Shown here: in pieces, positions 51,341 to 64,000 of the stretch
How positions within the stretch are numbered: the stretch's first letter is position 1
How the letters are laid out: the number at the start of each line of letters is the position of its first letter
Assembly: GCA_028534125.1 (NCBI GenBank)
Contig: CM052816.1
Coordinates: forward strand, 72,976,001-73,040,000
DNA length: 64,000 nt
Source: Lama glama
Taxonomy: Eukaryota
Direction of reading: 5' to 3'
Notes under the pieces: generated by a model
Database searches by the model: none
Seen by the model: only the letters and a program-made list of their open reading frames with translations
What the model was told of the DNA's origin: nothing
Translations under genes and position numbers: made by a program

Positions 51341-51789
51341 AATTCATGTTTAATTCATAAGATAACCATTATGAGTCTAGATATTTTAGGAGTAGCACTG
51401 AAATACTTTACTCTTTCTGTAAATGACTCTATAAGCCAGATTCCAAGCTGATGTAGTGAGTGTAACACGGTGACTATTTGAGCATCTTACCCTCCCAAAG
51501 ACCAGAAGCAATCACTCTGTCAGGCAGCAATATTGGCCAACAACAACTTCACAATTTACAAACTGACTACAAGTTACTAGGGATGAGGTTTATAAAACAT
51601 AACTGAAAATCAGCAGTCATATTCTGAACAACAGAAAAATGACAGTAACTTTCTGACTAAAATGTCCTCTACTGCCTTGTAACAGGTGTCTACTGCACCC
51701 TATTAGGCAATCCTTTGGTGAGGCCTCCTGTTTCCCCAATACAAGCATCCAAGACACTCAAAGCTCTTCTTCGAGGGTGCAGATTGTGA

Positions 51790-52030
51790 TTAAGAACACA
51801 GACTGAAAGACCTAAACCCCGGTCTCAAATTCCAGCTCTGCTGCTTACTAGTTATGTGTTGACTTTGGTCAATTTGTGTAAATTCACTGAGACTCAATCC
51901 TTTTTAGCTGTGAGAACAGTTGGAGTAGTACTTCTTAGAGTTCTTATAAATTATTATATGACTTTTAACATATAAATTACTATCAATAGTGTTTAGTATA
52001 TCTCTCTATGTAAGTACCTACTAATTATCC
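51790..52030 (+). mobile_element. MIR SINE
   Basis: ttaagaacacagact...caaattccagctctgctgcttactagttatgtg. Confidence 0.8.
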
Positions 52031-53455
52031 TAATTATATTTACCCATACATAGGAATATATGTTCATATTAGCATTTGCTGATACATGTTATTCAATGTG
52101 TATTTTAATATAATATATAAGCATTTACTGTTTCTAACCACACTGGATGACAAGGGTCAGCCAATGGGTTTCCACTCCTCAATCATTTGGGCAATGATCA
52201 AAAGTAAATATTAATGCCTCACAAGGACATGAGGAAAAATACTAATGTGTATAAAAAACAAAAGTTATTTTTTGAAACAAGAAGAAAAACAAAATAAAAA
52301 GTAAATTTTTTATTAACAAGAAAAATCAGAGCACCAAGAAGGTAGAGGGAGAAAGAACAGGGACCAAGGAGTCCAAAAGGACAGAGGTAGGATGTCTTGG
52401 AATTTTTGTTAAGAAGTTGTAAACGGCAAAAAGAGAGAGTTTGAGAAGAGGATATTAAGAGTGTCAGAGATTAAACAGGAAATTTTTAAGATATCTCATT
52501 TTTTATTTTATTGAAAAACAACCCAAAAATTGGAGATAATTTTTTTTTCTGGGATCATTGCTTTGAATTGCTATCATATGCAGGCTGGGCTGTGTGAATC
52601 ACTCAGCTCTTCAAGCAGAGATTACATTTCTGATAATGAAGGACCAAGCTGAGAATTCCCTCCTCCTGAGACTTGTACCCTGCTTCTAACCCAACCAAAA
52701 TCCACAGAAACAATCAGGTAGCAGGGACAGTACGTTTCTTCACAGTATGAGGCTCCATATGTTTGTTTTTGAGTCTGCTTTCACCCTTCTATGTTCTCTC
52801 TGGTTTGGGGGAGGTTGACTTTTCCCCCATCCTCATGTCCTCAGTCTTAAATAGCTATTGAAGGAAGGAATGAGGATGTCAGCCAAAACAACAGTGCACT
52901 CCGTGTTAACAGGCTGTTATGCCGACCGTTTCTCCATATGTATCTCGGCAAGCGTTATGTCTTTAGCTTTCTAACTTGTTGATACTAGCTTTTTCTCTGA
53001 AAGAAGAACTTTTAAGTTTCTTTTTTTCCCCCCCTGATTTCTGACCAGAAAGTAATTTCCTTCAGCTTGAACAGGAAACATTATGGCTACTGTGCAGTTT
53101 TCTGGAGATTTATTACACACTCTGGCATTTCCTGTAATATTTCTTAATGTCTTCATACTACCTAAATTACCTATTCTGGGAAGGATTGAGGCTCAGCCAT
53201 GATCAATATTCTATTCACTATTCTAAAACTAAAGAAGAATTCATTGAGGAAACCTGCTGTTGGATAACTTGAAATATTGCTGGGTTTTAGTGAAAGGAGC
53301 ATAGCACTTGGAATTAAAATTCTGAACTTTTATGGGAAGGTTACTCAGCCTTTCTAGCCAATTGGTTTAAAGTTAACAGTTGGATTAAAGAGAAAATAAT
53401 AGTGAATTTGCAGAGAGGATGTGAGGAGGATTAATCAAGAAATGGTGTCTATTAT

Positions 53456-53590
53456 TGTGGCAGATACAGTTGTCACTCTGTCTGCACTGCTTGGCACTCA
53501 ACATATTCACTGTACACTGACTCAAAGACTTTCAACTGAGAAGTGTCTGCAGCTCTGCCTGGAGGATTTCTATGACCACCAAAATCTTTA
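53456..53590 (+). mobile_element. 5' fragment of an LTR16-like ERVL LTR
   Basis: Starts tgtggcagatac...gactttcaactg...ctgcagctctgcctggaggatttct. Confidence 0.55.
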
Positions 53591-53619
53591 GGAGAGGCTC
53601 TCAATTGTTAGGTAGAAAG

Positions 53620-55300
53620 GATGACATCCATTGGAGACTGCTTAGCCTCTATATTTGGCCACTCCAGTGCTTACATACAGGGTCTATGAGCAGAATAGCC
53701 ATGGGAGAAAGGATTAAGACTACACATGGGCCAACTGCATGGGCTACTTCTCACCAAGGCTGATGTAGCTACTACTGTTTTTAAATGAGTGGACCAGTCA
53801 GCAGCCACGGAAACTGACACTGAGTCTTGGTAAGTTACCATTCCTCAAGGAGTCAAGCCAGCCCCTAGGTGGCAAGTTGATTGTACTGAAACCCTCCACC
53901 TAACCAGGGAGGGAGGGAGGCAGCAATTCATCTTTACTGAGATTGATAATATTCCCTGTATGATTTGCCATCCCTGTTCATTGCCCCTCAGCAAGTATTA
54001 CTATGTACATGCTCAGAGTGTTTGGTTTATCATTATGGGATCCCATGTAACATTGCCTTGACCAAGGGACCCACTTCTTAGTGAAGAATGTGCAAGAATG
54101 AACACCTGACTGTAGAACCCATTGGTTCTCTGAGTACCCTGCATCATCCAGAAGCAACTGAAATGACAGAATGTTGAATGGCTTCTTAAATGTACTATTA
54201 TAAGTGCCAGGTTGGGAAAAATGTTACTATAGGTTCAGGACACTGTCTTTCACAATGTGATACATGTTTTGAACGAGTAACAATTACAAGGTGCTGTACT
54301 TGAATGCTTGGATCCCATAACCAAGAGCTAGAATCATAAGTGGCCTCTTTGAATTGATGTGGGTTCCTCCAGATAGTGAAACTGAGGCAAATGATTTATT
54401 GGAAAAGCAAAGGGCACACAGTAAGGGTGTGAGATGAGACAGAGGAAAAAAAGGAGCCAAAATGCTGCCTTATCACACAGTTTTCACTGTGAATCATAGC
54501 CTTGCATCTGGTAGAATAACGGTAAACTCATTCAAAACCTACAGCTCAGAGTTAGATCAAAAAGAAGCAAAGGACCTGGGATATTCATAGGTAATGCCAG
54601 TCAATAAATTGTTGAGGACTGTTCCTGGAGGCTTTAATTAATTCTCTGACATTCAGGCAAAGAAATGCAGTTGTTGGCAGCTGGAAGTTAGACTAAGCAC
54701 TAGGGTATTCAGAGTGAGGGTTTGGGTAGGACACTAATTGCATCTGTCAGGCTCTCTCATTCTCACTCCCAGTTGCCCACGTGGGAAATTTATGTTCCTA
54801 GTTTGCTGAACTTTAAGATCTGCCAGATTAAAGATCCTGGTTCCCTGTGGGGGTAATTTCTACCAGGTGATGCAGTAGGAGTTCCACTTACCCTAATGCC
54901 ATGGCTGCCACCTAGTCACTCACGGCTCGTACTGCCAGTAGATCTGGAGTTAAAAGGGGAATTGCTATCACGGCATGGTAATTGAGCCTCCTTTTCAGAA
55001 GTAGGGGAGCTTCTGTATAATGGTGGTGTGGAGGAGTATGTCTGCAATTCAGGGAAGACACCAGGGCAGCTCTTGGTGCCTCCGTTTCTGGTAGTAACCA
55101 TAGAATACTGGCAATTGTCACATGACAAGGACACGATAACCAGCTGCCCAGACCCTTGGTGATTTCCCCATTCGGCATACAACCTTGACCACCACAAGTA
55201 ATGTTTAAAGGGTGACTGGAAACTAGAATGGCTGGCAGAGGAGGCCAAGAATCTGATTATGGCCTTGGACACAGTTGAAGGAGTGAGGAGTGTTTCCTGT
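53620..55300 (+). mobile_element. Decayed ERVL internal region: integrase and dUTPase-like domains, interrupted at ~54350-54749
   Basis: Remnants RWQVDC (~53867), DQGTHF (~54060) and HHPEATEMTE (~54142) give the integrase D,D,E core. LPPSH (~54905) and LYNGGVEEYVCNSG (~55013) match the ERVL dUTPase region. Heavily frameshifted. Confidence 0.88.
54350..54749 (-). mobile_element. LTR16-like LTR inserted antisense into the ERVL pol fragment
   Basis: gggttcctccaga...tgatttattgg (AATAAA on minus), ctgggatattcata, ttgaggactgttcctgg, gggtaggacactaa. ERVL sequence stops before it and resumes after it. Confidence 0.7.
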
Positions 55301-55342
55301 TATAAGCCTTGGGTTTTGCTACTGTCCTATAGATGGATATGT

Positions 55343-55360
55343 GAGAGAGAGAGAGAGAGA
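55343..55360. repeat. (GA)n microsatellite
   Basis: Directly visible. Confidence 0.9.
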
Positions 55361-56429
55361 AAAAAAATTATGGTGTAAGTATTAAAAGTGTGTGGTGGGA
55401 ATATAAACTGATACAGGCTACAAGAGGGAAAATGTTAATTTGGTTGGAATAATCAAAATTTTGTGTTACTACTATAGAAAATGTTACCCAGATAATGTTT
55501 TTAAATATCACCAGTAACATGTCAGCCATTATACTAATTGTAACTATACTTTACAGATACATATTTTAAAAACATAATTAAGCATGATCTACTATCTGAA
55601 AAGGTTGAATCACTTTCCATTGGTAGGGGAGGGGAAAAGATTGTTCTAAGCTGGAGGAAAATGTAAAATCATATTTTTGCTCACATATTCCACCACTATC
55701 TTATAGCTAATAACCTTCATGTTTTACAAAATAATTAACCTTGACTTTTCCTCACTGAAATTACTATAGAATTCCCAGTAATAAAGCCTGATATATGTTG
55801 AACGCTTCATAATTAATCAGTGTTCAAGCTGTATTCTCTTACGTAGGACTATATGGAAATGGGTAGCTTTTAAAAGATTTTGCAGCACTAAAGTCTCCTC
55901 TCTTAAGAGTTCTTCGTAATTGATTTACTTGCTAATTTCCTCCCTCCATAGGGAAACCAATCATTTATATAGAACTTGACACAGCCATCTGGCAAAATAA
56001 CTAAATCAAGAATCACCTCTGGAAATACTTTTGACAAGAATTATTTTCTAGAATGATGCTGTAATGTTATTCAATTGCCCCCTTACACTTGGTACATGAC
56101 ATTGTGATGCTAAATTCTAAAACGTTGCTAACACACAGTCTCTCACTTTCTGTCTAATAAAAGATAAAGGATAATTTAAAATTTTTTATATTAAAGTTTA
56201 ATGTACAATTTATAATTTCACATATCCAAAGATGATAAAGTAAATGGCAACTAAATGAGCCATAAAATTCAGTTTGGTTTCCTTGTATCGGGTTTGTGAT
56301 ACATATTTTCTTAGGTATATTTTAAAGCTGCCTCATAATTTTTGAAAACAGATATAACATAAATTTATATATCTTAATACTTATATGTGCAAGATTTTAT
56401 AATGGAGTGATTTCAATAAATCAGATGTC

Positions 56430-56930
56430 AGCCAGATAGCATATATTGAGGATTTACTGGGTATGGAATATCTTACTAAGGGGCTGTGGAGAGATGGAAG
56501 AGATTAATTCCATGCACAAAAATGTTTAAATCCATTAAACATGCAAAGATGAAATATATTTACCTTTGCCTTCAAGGAGCCTATGGTCTGGTGAGAATGG
56601 CAAGTAAGTAAACAATATTACAGAAGAAAACCTTTAAAAGGAAATATGCACAGGAACCTGTAGTAACCTGGAGTACAGCTATGACTCCTGAGCAGGGCAG
56701 GGAAGGTGTTTAAGAAGAAATGAGGCCATTGGTGAGTCTTGTAGAACTACAGGTTGGCCAAGAAAAGATACGGGAGAAGGATACTCAGTGCTGAGGGCTT
56801 GCAGGGAAAAGACTGGGATTTATGAGAAAGAGCATATTTAGATCATGGGACATCCTCTGATAGGACCGGAGAACAGGTGTCTATTAGGAGATTAATGGAA
56901 ATGAGTATGAGTCTAAGAAGGCAGGCAGTA
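56430..56930 (-). mobile_element. LINE-2 3' region
   Basis: catatattgaggatttactg...tttgccttcaaggagcctatggtctggtg...cagggaaggtgtttaagaaga. Confidence 0.72.
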
Positions 56931-58257
56931 ATACAAATTTTTGTAGGCTTAACTTTTTTGTCTTAAAAAATTATATGATATTTGATTATTCTATCTAAAA
57001 TTTGTTTTAATATAAAGCTGGTTTTCCATGCAAACATTTGCATCAAATGGGAGCTCCCAGAAGCTTTATCAAGTTTCTTTTGTTGTTTCAGGTATATCCA
57101 TTGTATCTCCATATGCCTTTGAGAGGCTGAGGAGCAGAAAAATATGATGAGTTTCCAAATAAATGAGAATACCTAAGAGCTACTTGAGTTACACAAGTGA
57201 AGTGGGCTGTAATTATTGGTTAGTACTGGGAAATTTATCACTGAACCTTTCTGGCTATGTCTACATCCTATGGAGAATTTCTTTCAGCTGAGTATTGTAT
57301 AAACCAAGGACTCAACTGTCGATTTCTTGCGTATTGCCTTGGTAACTTTAAATTGATTCCAACCGTGCACTTACATCATGGAGAGCTTTTTATATTCTAG
57401 GGGAAAAATACATCTTATGCCAAAGGACAAAATTTCTGAAATGCTGTTGGTCACAATATAACGCAATTCAGTTCCTTCTTATTGTCAAGATACCAAAGTT
57501 TGCTGTTGATGGGGAAAGGATAAAAATACATTCTGTTCTCAGAATAAAGTCAGGAGCTGAACAATTTTTGTTGTTGTTGACCAATGAACAATAGGTTTTT
57601 GAGAACATTCATTTTTACGAAGGAACAGTGGAATTTTGTCAAATCCATCGTGTCAATGAAAAACTGTAATCTTTGTGAAAATGCATGAGGCCAGTAATTC
57701 AGTTATCCAACTATTTTCTTCAACAAGCTAGTATAACATTAATGGATTTTGTAAGTGAAATAATCAGCCTTTTGTACTATCTCAACCAGTTAAAAAGATT
57801 GACCTTATGGTAGTTTATGTTTCTTAAAATAGTAATATGATGGTTCCTAAGCCTATTTCAAGTAAAGATGAAAATCCTTGACTCAAATTTGCAGACTTGA
57901 TTACCTATGTAGGACACCTAGCTCTTGAGATACAGTTTTCTATTTAAATTTTTGCTCATATTTTCTTATAGGAATATATTAGATGATAATTAAATAATTA
58001 GATTTTTAAAATTGCATTAAAGAAAGTTTTCCACATTTTGTATTGTCAGAATAAAAATGCATGGTTGTATTACATTTTAGCAACAATGGTGCCCAAACGG
58101 CCATTCTCAGAAGCATTGAAACTGAAGAAGACCTAGAAGCCATTCTCTGAGCTTCTCTGATTCTTCTGAGGTCACTTTCAAATCCAGATAACTGATTGAA
58201 TCCACTATTAAAGTCTATCCAACCAATAGATGTCAGGACAATAAAACCGTATGAAAA

Positions 58258-58757
58258 NNNNNNNNNNNNNNNNNNNNNNNNNNNNNNNNNNNNNNNNNNN
58301 NNNNNNNNNNNNNNNNNNNNNNNNNNNNNNNNNNNNNNNNNNNNNNNNNNNNNNNNNNNNNNNNNNNNNNNNNNNNNNNNNNNNNNNNNNNNNNNNNNNN
58401 NNNNNNNNNNNNNNNNNNNNNNNNNNNNNNNNNNNNNNNNNNNNNNNNNNNNNNNNNNNNNNNNNNNNNNNNNNNNNNNNNNNNNNNNNNNNNNNNNNNN
58501 NNNNNNNNNNNNNNNNNNNNNNNNNNNNNNNNNNNNNNNNNNNNNNNNNNNNNNNNNNNNNNNNNNNNNNNNNNNNNNNNNNNNNNNNNNNNNNNNNNNN
58601 NNNNNNNNNNNNNNNNNNNNNNNNNNNNNNNNNNNNNNNNNNNNNNNNNNNNNNNNNNNNNNNNNNNNNNNNNNNNNNNNNNNNNNNNNNNNNNNNNNNN
58701 NNNNNNNNNNNNNNNNNNNNNNNNNNNNNNNNNNNNNNNNNNNNNNNNNNNNNNNNN
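58258..58757. other. Assembly gap (500 N)
   Basis: Run of N. Confidence 1.
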
Positions 58758-58764
58758 TGGATGT

Positions 58765-58960
58765 GGTGACCTCACCAGTTATTCTTCAAATATTATAAAA
58801 AAAGGATATGTATCTTAAATCTATCTTTGTAGTCTGGTCCTCTTCACTGAGCACAGGATCCAGTTTTTCAGCTGCTCACTGATTATTTTCACAATGTGTC
58901 CAAGCAGCACTTCAAATTGTGTCCAGAAATAAACTCAATATCTCGACCTCATCACCCAAG
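58765..58960 (+). mobile_element. LINE-2 fragment
   Basis: aaatctatctttgtagtctggtcctcttcactgagc...gcacttcaaattgtgtccagaaataaactca. Confidence 0.6.
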
Positions 58961-59069
58961 ATTTTCTTTTGTTGTTGTTTTTGCCCCACTTAATGACGTA
59001 AGTATGACATAAATGACTCATATCTGTAGCTACTTAACTACAGAAACACTCCAACATTCATGTACTCAA

Positions 59070-59137
59070 TCCTTAAATATTAGACTCCTTAATTCCTAAT
59101 TCTTCCTTAAATATTAGACCCCTTAATTCCTAATTCT
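59070..59137. repeat. 34-bp tandem duplication (2 copies, 1 mismatch)
   Basis: tccttaaatattagac(t/c)ccttaattcctaattct repeated twice. Confidence 0.95.
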
Positions 59138-61206
59138 TTCTTGTCCACATGTAATCTGTCCTAATTTTACTTAAAATATTTGCCAGAAATACAGTGAAGA
59201 TCACCTACCACAACCGAATTCTACTATCCTGGAATACTAGTTTATGTTCCTTAGTATATCCTCAACTTTTAGCACTGCCCCAAGCACATGATTAAAAACT
59301 GCCGAGTGCTATTTTAACAAATGATTTTTTTTTACCTTCCTTAGAAACTTTTAATATTAAGAAAAAGGTCAAGTCTTGATGTTTCATAATTCTACCCCCA
59401 AAAAGGAAAGAAAAAGAATTTTAAAAGAATTTGAAGAATTTAAAATTAACATTTTGGGATCTCTTTCTCTGACTACTGAGTCAATGAATGACTCACTAAT
59501 GGAACCACCGATGATTTTCTTAGAATAAGTAAGGAAGAAATTGAAAGAGTAGGTGTAAAAGGAAGATTTACCCTCTATGCTTAGAAAATAAATTTTTGTT
59601 TATCTTTTTGAGAAATATCAAACCCATTGTTCCATAAGTAGAGTTTTTTATTATAGACATTGAAGTTATTGCTTTAGATGAATCAATGAGTGAACATCTT
59701 ATGACTTAAATTTCGGATAAACTTCATTACTCATACTCAGCACTTTTATAAACGCTCTGTTTAAGAAAGATGTATTTTAGGCAATGTAAGAGAATTCACC
59801 CTCTCTTTATTTTAATTAAGGAAGCCAAGTAGAGATTAAATTAGATCTGATTTGCATGACATGTTACTTGCTACATTTTGAAGTAAACAAGGCACACAAA
59901 ATGTGGTCTTGAAAAAGGACCAAATTGCCACTTCCCAAAATAAAGGAACAGATCAAAGTACGATAGTGGTCATAACCTTTAGCACTTACATTTTGACAAA
60001 ACTGACCTTGTCCTTTAAAGACAATTCATTAGAGTTTGGAACTGATGTCACATTCGGTCTAGGCAGTGCTTCTATTCACTCTTCCGTAAGGAAACATCTG
60101 CTACTACTGCCATCAGCCAGTTTCAGATAATTCTGACTCGTTCATCTCTTCCCCAACACACCCTTAACTGTTTCAAAGCTGGTCTGCTCTAATCCTCAGA
60201 AGATCCTCTCCTCTCATTACCAGGTTATACGCTCCCAATAGTCATGGGGAGAGTTGCTCCAGAAATATCTGCTATGATGGATGGAAATAGACTAAGACTT
60301 AAAAGCTAATGGAAAATCTAATATGAATCCTGCCATCTGGAGGAATATAATACTATGATAATACAATAGCATGATGTAAGCTTTTTTTTTCTTTCAGTGT
60401 ATCATGTGGTACAATGCCTAATCTTCTGAGAAAGCATCCAAACATATTGAGTCAAAGCCTACTGGGAGCAAAATCTGTAGTGTCAACCAGTGGTCTCAGG
60501 GGCATAGTCCAAACCTTGGGGATGTGCCTTGAGGGGATAAACTTACTGGAAGTGGAGCAGGACTCCTTGATGGCTTTTTGGCCTCATATTTTTGAGGGAG
60601 CTTTCAGCACACCTTGAATATTGACTGGCAGGTTAAGCAAGCAAGCAGCAACAATGACAAATCTGAAAACTTTGGGGGACATAGAAGACATTTCTTTCCC
60701 CTTCTTGAAGGTCGTTAGTATTTCACTCCTTCCCTGTCTCCAGTCCCACATTCTCTCTGCCCTGGGAGAGTGGAATCGCCACCCTGACTGGTGAGTGGAA
60801 GGAGAAGCCGCCTGCATAGCTCAGCCCTCTCCTGCTTTCTTCCTCTGGGAGTGGGGTGTCTTAAGAAACACACACTCTACTCTGCTCCTCAGTCTGTCTA
60901 ATTTAGGGGATCACTGTTGGGAAACTCACTTGTTTACCTATGTAAGTGCTGTTCTCCTGTGTCACCTCCATCAAAAACAAAAATATTTCTGGCCCCATCT
61001 GTCTTACTACTCAGTTGGGTCAGACCTATGGCAGGTGAGAGTTTGGGGGTTCTCAAATTCAAGTTTATTAATACCTTAAAACTTCTTCTTAATACTAAAA
61101 ATAAAACACGTACTGGGCACGAGTACAGGACCTCATGTGGGGGTAAACTCTCTCCTCCTTTAACTCCAGGTCTTATTTCCTTGCTGCTAGTAAGGTATTC
61201 CTTTGG

Positions 61207-61449
61207 TTACTACTATTGCTGCTGCTGCTGCTGCTGCTACACCAACTACTATACCTGCTGTTGCCACTGCTACTACTACTGCTATTACTGCTACTACTAC
61301 TGCATTGACTATACTAATGCTGCCACCGGCTATACTAGTAATACTAGTATACAGTAATACTGCCATCGACTATACTAATAAATATTGCCACCAACTATAC
61401 TAATGCTGCCATCGAGTATACTAATAAATACTGACATCGACTATACTAC
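61207..61449. repeat. Compound (CTA)/(CTG) microsatellite followed by a ~21-bp minisatellite (6 copies)
   Basis: Trinucleotide mosaic at 61207-61297, then units like t(a/g)ctgcca(t/c)cgactatactaa at 61298, 61318, 61358, 61383, 61404 and 61429. Confidence 0.92.
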
Positions 61450-64000
61450 TGCTGTTGCTTCCATACTCAAAATCTACTTGAGGAAGAGGGTGACAGACAG
61501 CAACCCTGGCCCAGTTTTCTTCCCATTTTCTGTAGACCCAAAGGGAAGTCTGTGCTCCCTGTTGCGGGTCCTTGTGGACTTGCATCTGACACAAAGGATG
61601 ACAACAGAATTCTGAAAATACCTGCTCTTAGTTCCATCACTGTGTTCTGCTACCCTATGTAAATGGCACAAATGTGCTTGAAATGGCTTTTTAAAAGTCT
61701 CTGACAAGGAATTTAGCTGTATTTGTGTTCTTGAAAGTTGCATCCACACTTCTCCCTCCCAAATAAACCCAGTTTTTATCCATTCCTCTCCATAATTGAG
61801 GCTGCTTTTATTTTTATCTATGTTAGGATTTAAAACATAAAATGTCTCATTGTTTGTTCTTTAATCATTTGTTTCTTGGAAGGGTTCATTTGTCACAAGC
61901 CAGAACTACGATACAAACTGTGTCTCGATACAAGAAAACTAATTAATTGGTGGCAAACACTGGATAATACAAATTGAAGGAGTATGAACTTTTCACTTGG
62001 GGGGTTCCTGACACAAAGACGATGGGAACTGATTGCATCTTTGGAAAGGAATAGATGTTGACAATTGAGTTAGCCTCCGAGGGGTATAGTAATTTTAAAG
62101 CTGTCATGTTTTTACGAAAAATACTGAAGGGTGAGTCATTAAAAGATTTACTGAGTAAATTCAACGAAAAAATTTAAATTTGTACTATTGCTTTATTTTA
62201 CAGTGGCCCACTGTGTACTACACAAGATAATGTTCTATAGACATTTCCTTTCAGCTGTCTTCAAATTGCAAAGCCGGGCATCTGCCCAGCTGATATTTGC
62301 CCTGCGTCTGTATTGTAGGTATTGCAGGTCTTCTTTCTTGCCTCACGGCTTTCCGTAACTTCCACAAGTCTCTTATATCCCTCGTTGTTTTGAATGCCCC
62401 ATAGCCCACCAATAAGTCAATAGGCTGGATACTAACGCATTTCTAAAATACAAGAAACTCTTTGAATGGGATGTGTGCCCTGGCAATGAAACTTGTACTT
62501 TTATGTAATTCAGTGTGTCTGATCGTCTTAACCTTCAGCTACCTAAAGCTGATGAATGAGAAGCATGGTGAACAGTTTCGCTAACCTCTGCCAAGGTGAT
62601 TCTCCAAAAATGAAATAAAAAAGGTGCCATTGCCATAAACTGTTAATACTGGAGCAGCATGCTCTCCAGAACTTTGCTAAAATAACATTAAAGTCTATTT
62701 AAAATTATTCTATGGTTGTATCATTTGGATATTCTGTCTTATAAAGAAACCTATTTGGATATTTTTCTTGATTTATAGCATATGAATAAAGGTAATTCAA
62801 CACATACAGTATGAATAATTTGTACAATTAAATTTTGCCATGGTAAAGAGGTGGCACAATCTTGCTGTCCAGCATTCAGTAAGTGATAAGTTACCAAGAC
62901 CCATTTAAGAAACTTAATATTTGTCTGTACAGAGCTGTCTTTTCTACTTGTCCATCTGCATTTTACATTGAAATTGCATTGAATTGCACTGGAATTTCAT
63001 TTACATGGAAATTGACTAAATAAGTGGTTTGGTTCAACATCCTAAAGAAAGCCCCTCAGTTCTGTTGGTTCAGAGGAGTACATTACGTTTGTGTCTTCTT
63101 AGAATAAAGTTTATTAATAAAAGGGTGCAAGTTGATTAATTTGCTTATTTAATGGATTCGTAGTGAGGACCTCATATGGTCAGAGCCTCGGGGTAGCTGC
63201 AGAGTGCAAAGATGCTGAAAAAACATTTCCATAATGTAAAGATAATTATTTTAATTCTAATTAATATATTCTAATGATTCAAATCACTATTGCTTGAATA
63301 AAAAAGGCACTTCTCTGAAAAATACACACAGTGGGACATGACTATGTCCAGAGCTGTGATATAAAGCTATTGCTTTATTTCTATACACGTAGCCTGTGTT
63401 ATATAAATGGTGCCATGATAAATCTTAAAATAGCTCAGGATAAAGATGAATTCTATCGAGGAAAGCTTTTTGTGTAGAGGATGGTACTTATGGATCAGTA
63501 GAATTTCTATTTCTCATAATGACAATATAAGGAGGGTGTAGTCAAAACCCAATAATTTGCGTGTGAAAGAAAACCAAGTCATACAAATTCTATTACTTCC
63601 AGTACGGCAATGAGCATTGCACCAATTGATGAAGTGACTGAATTGTTTATGTCTAAAAACATAAATACCACCTTTTTCATTATCATATATATGGCTATTC
63701 AAATTGATTTTTATAGATACTCAGGTGGCTTTACGCTGTTCCAGGAAAAAACACTAAATGTATTCAGGTTGGTTATTTTTAACATACAGCATCAATTACA
63801 CGATAGGGTTATACAGACAATTAGAAAGCTTCCAAGCTTAAAAATAAATTTAGTTCAGTCATCCACAAATACTCAAACTCAATTTAACACATGGTGCTAT
63901 TCATCAAGAGTAAGCCACTCAGAAAAGTGCGAGTCAACATGTGCTGGTTTTCCCAATAAATATATAAATAATTGCACTCTCTATTTCACACCCTGATATT

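Noticed and set aside
58196..58798. ORFs of 172-200 aa
   Set aside because: They are artefacts of the second N gap.
60917..61403. Cys/Tyr-rich and Ala/Thr-rich ORFs resembling keratin-associated or mucin-like proteins
   Set aside because: The composition comes entirely from the CTA/CTG repeat; there is no gene context and the starts are non-ATG.
61298..61449. CRISPR-like repeat array
   Set aside because: Units are adjacent or separated by 4-19 bp of repeat-like sequence, there are no unique spacers or cas genes, and the DNA is mammalian.
63610..63996. 128-aa ATG-initiated ORF
   Set aside because: No recognisable domain, AT-rich composition like its flanks, and no promoter or splice support; a BLASTp/tBLASTn search would settle it.

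Overview
This is AT-rich mammalian (eutherian) non-coding DNA, either intergenic or from a long intron, with two 500-N assembly gaps. I find no supportable protein-coding gene, RNA gene, CpG island or CRISPR array; the ORF track consists of short chance ORFs, ORFs inside repeats and ORFs running through Ns. The window is a record of layered transposon insertions: ancient L2 and MIR, old L1M and HAL1, about a dozen MaLR/ERVL/ERV1 LTRs, two decayed ERVL proviral fragments (gag-pro-RT; integrase-dUTPase) and a nested Tigger pair. Younger events include several lineage-specific L1 3' ends and a clean solo LTR with a perfect 6-bp target-site duplication (TSD). The L1 3' UTR type and the lack of Alu, Bov-tA/BovB, PRE or SINEC elements suggest a cetartiodactyl, most likely a camelid (inference). 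The best-supported unusual structures are a twin-primed (5'-inverted) L1, a second inverted L1 with an apparent 3' transduction, a possible orphan retro-insert, the young solo LTR and a minisatellite arising beside a trinucleotide repeat. I do not see evidence for a new biological system. Repeat family names come from recalled consensus sequences, not alignments, and boundaries of old repeats are approximate.
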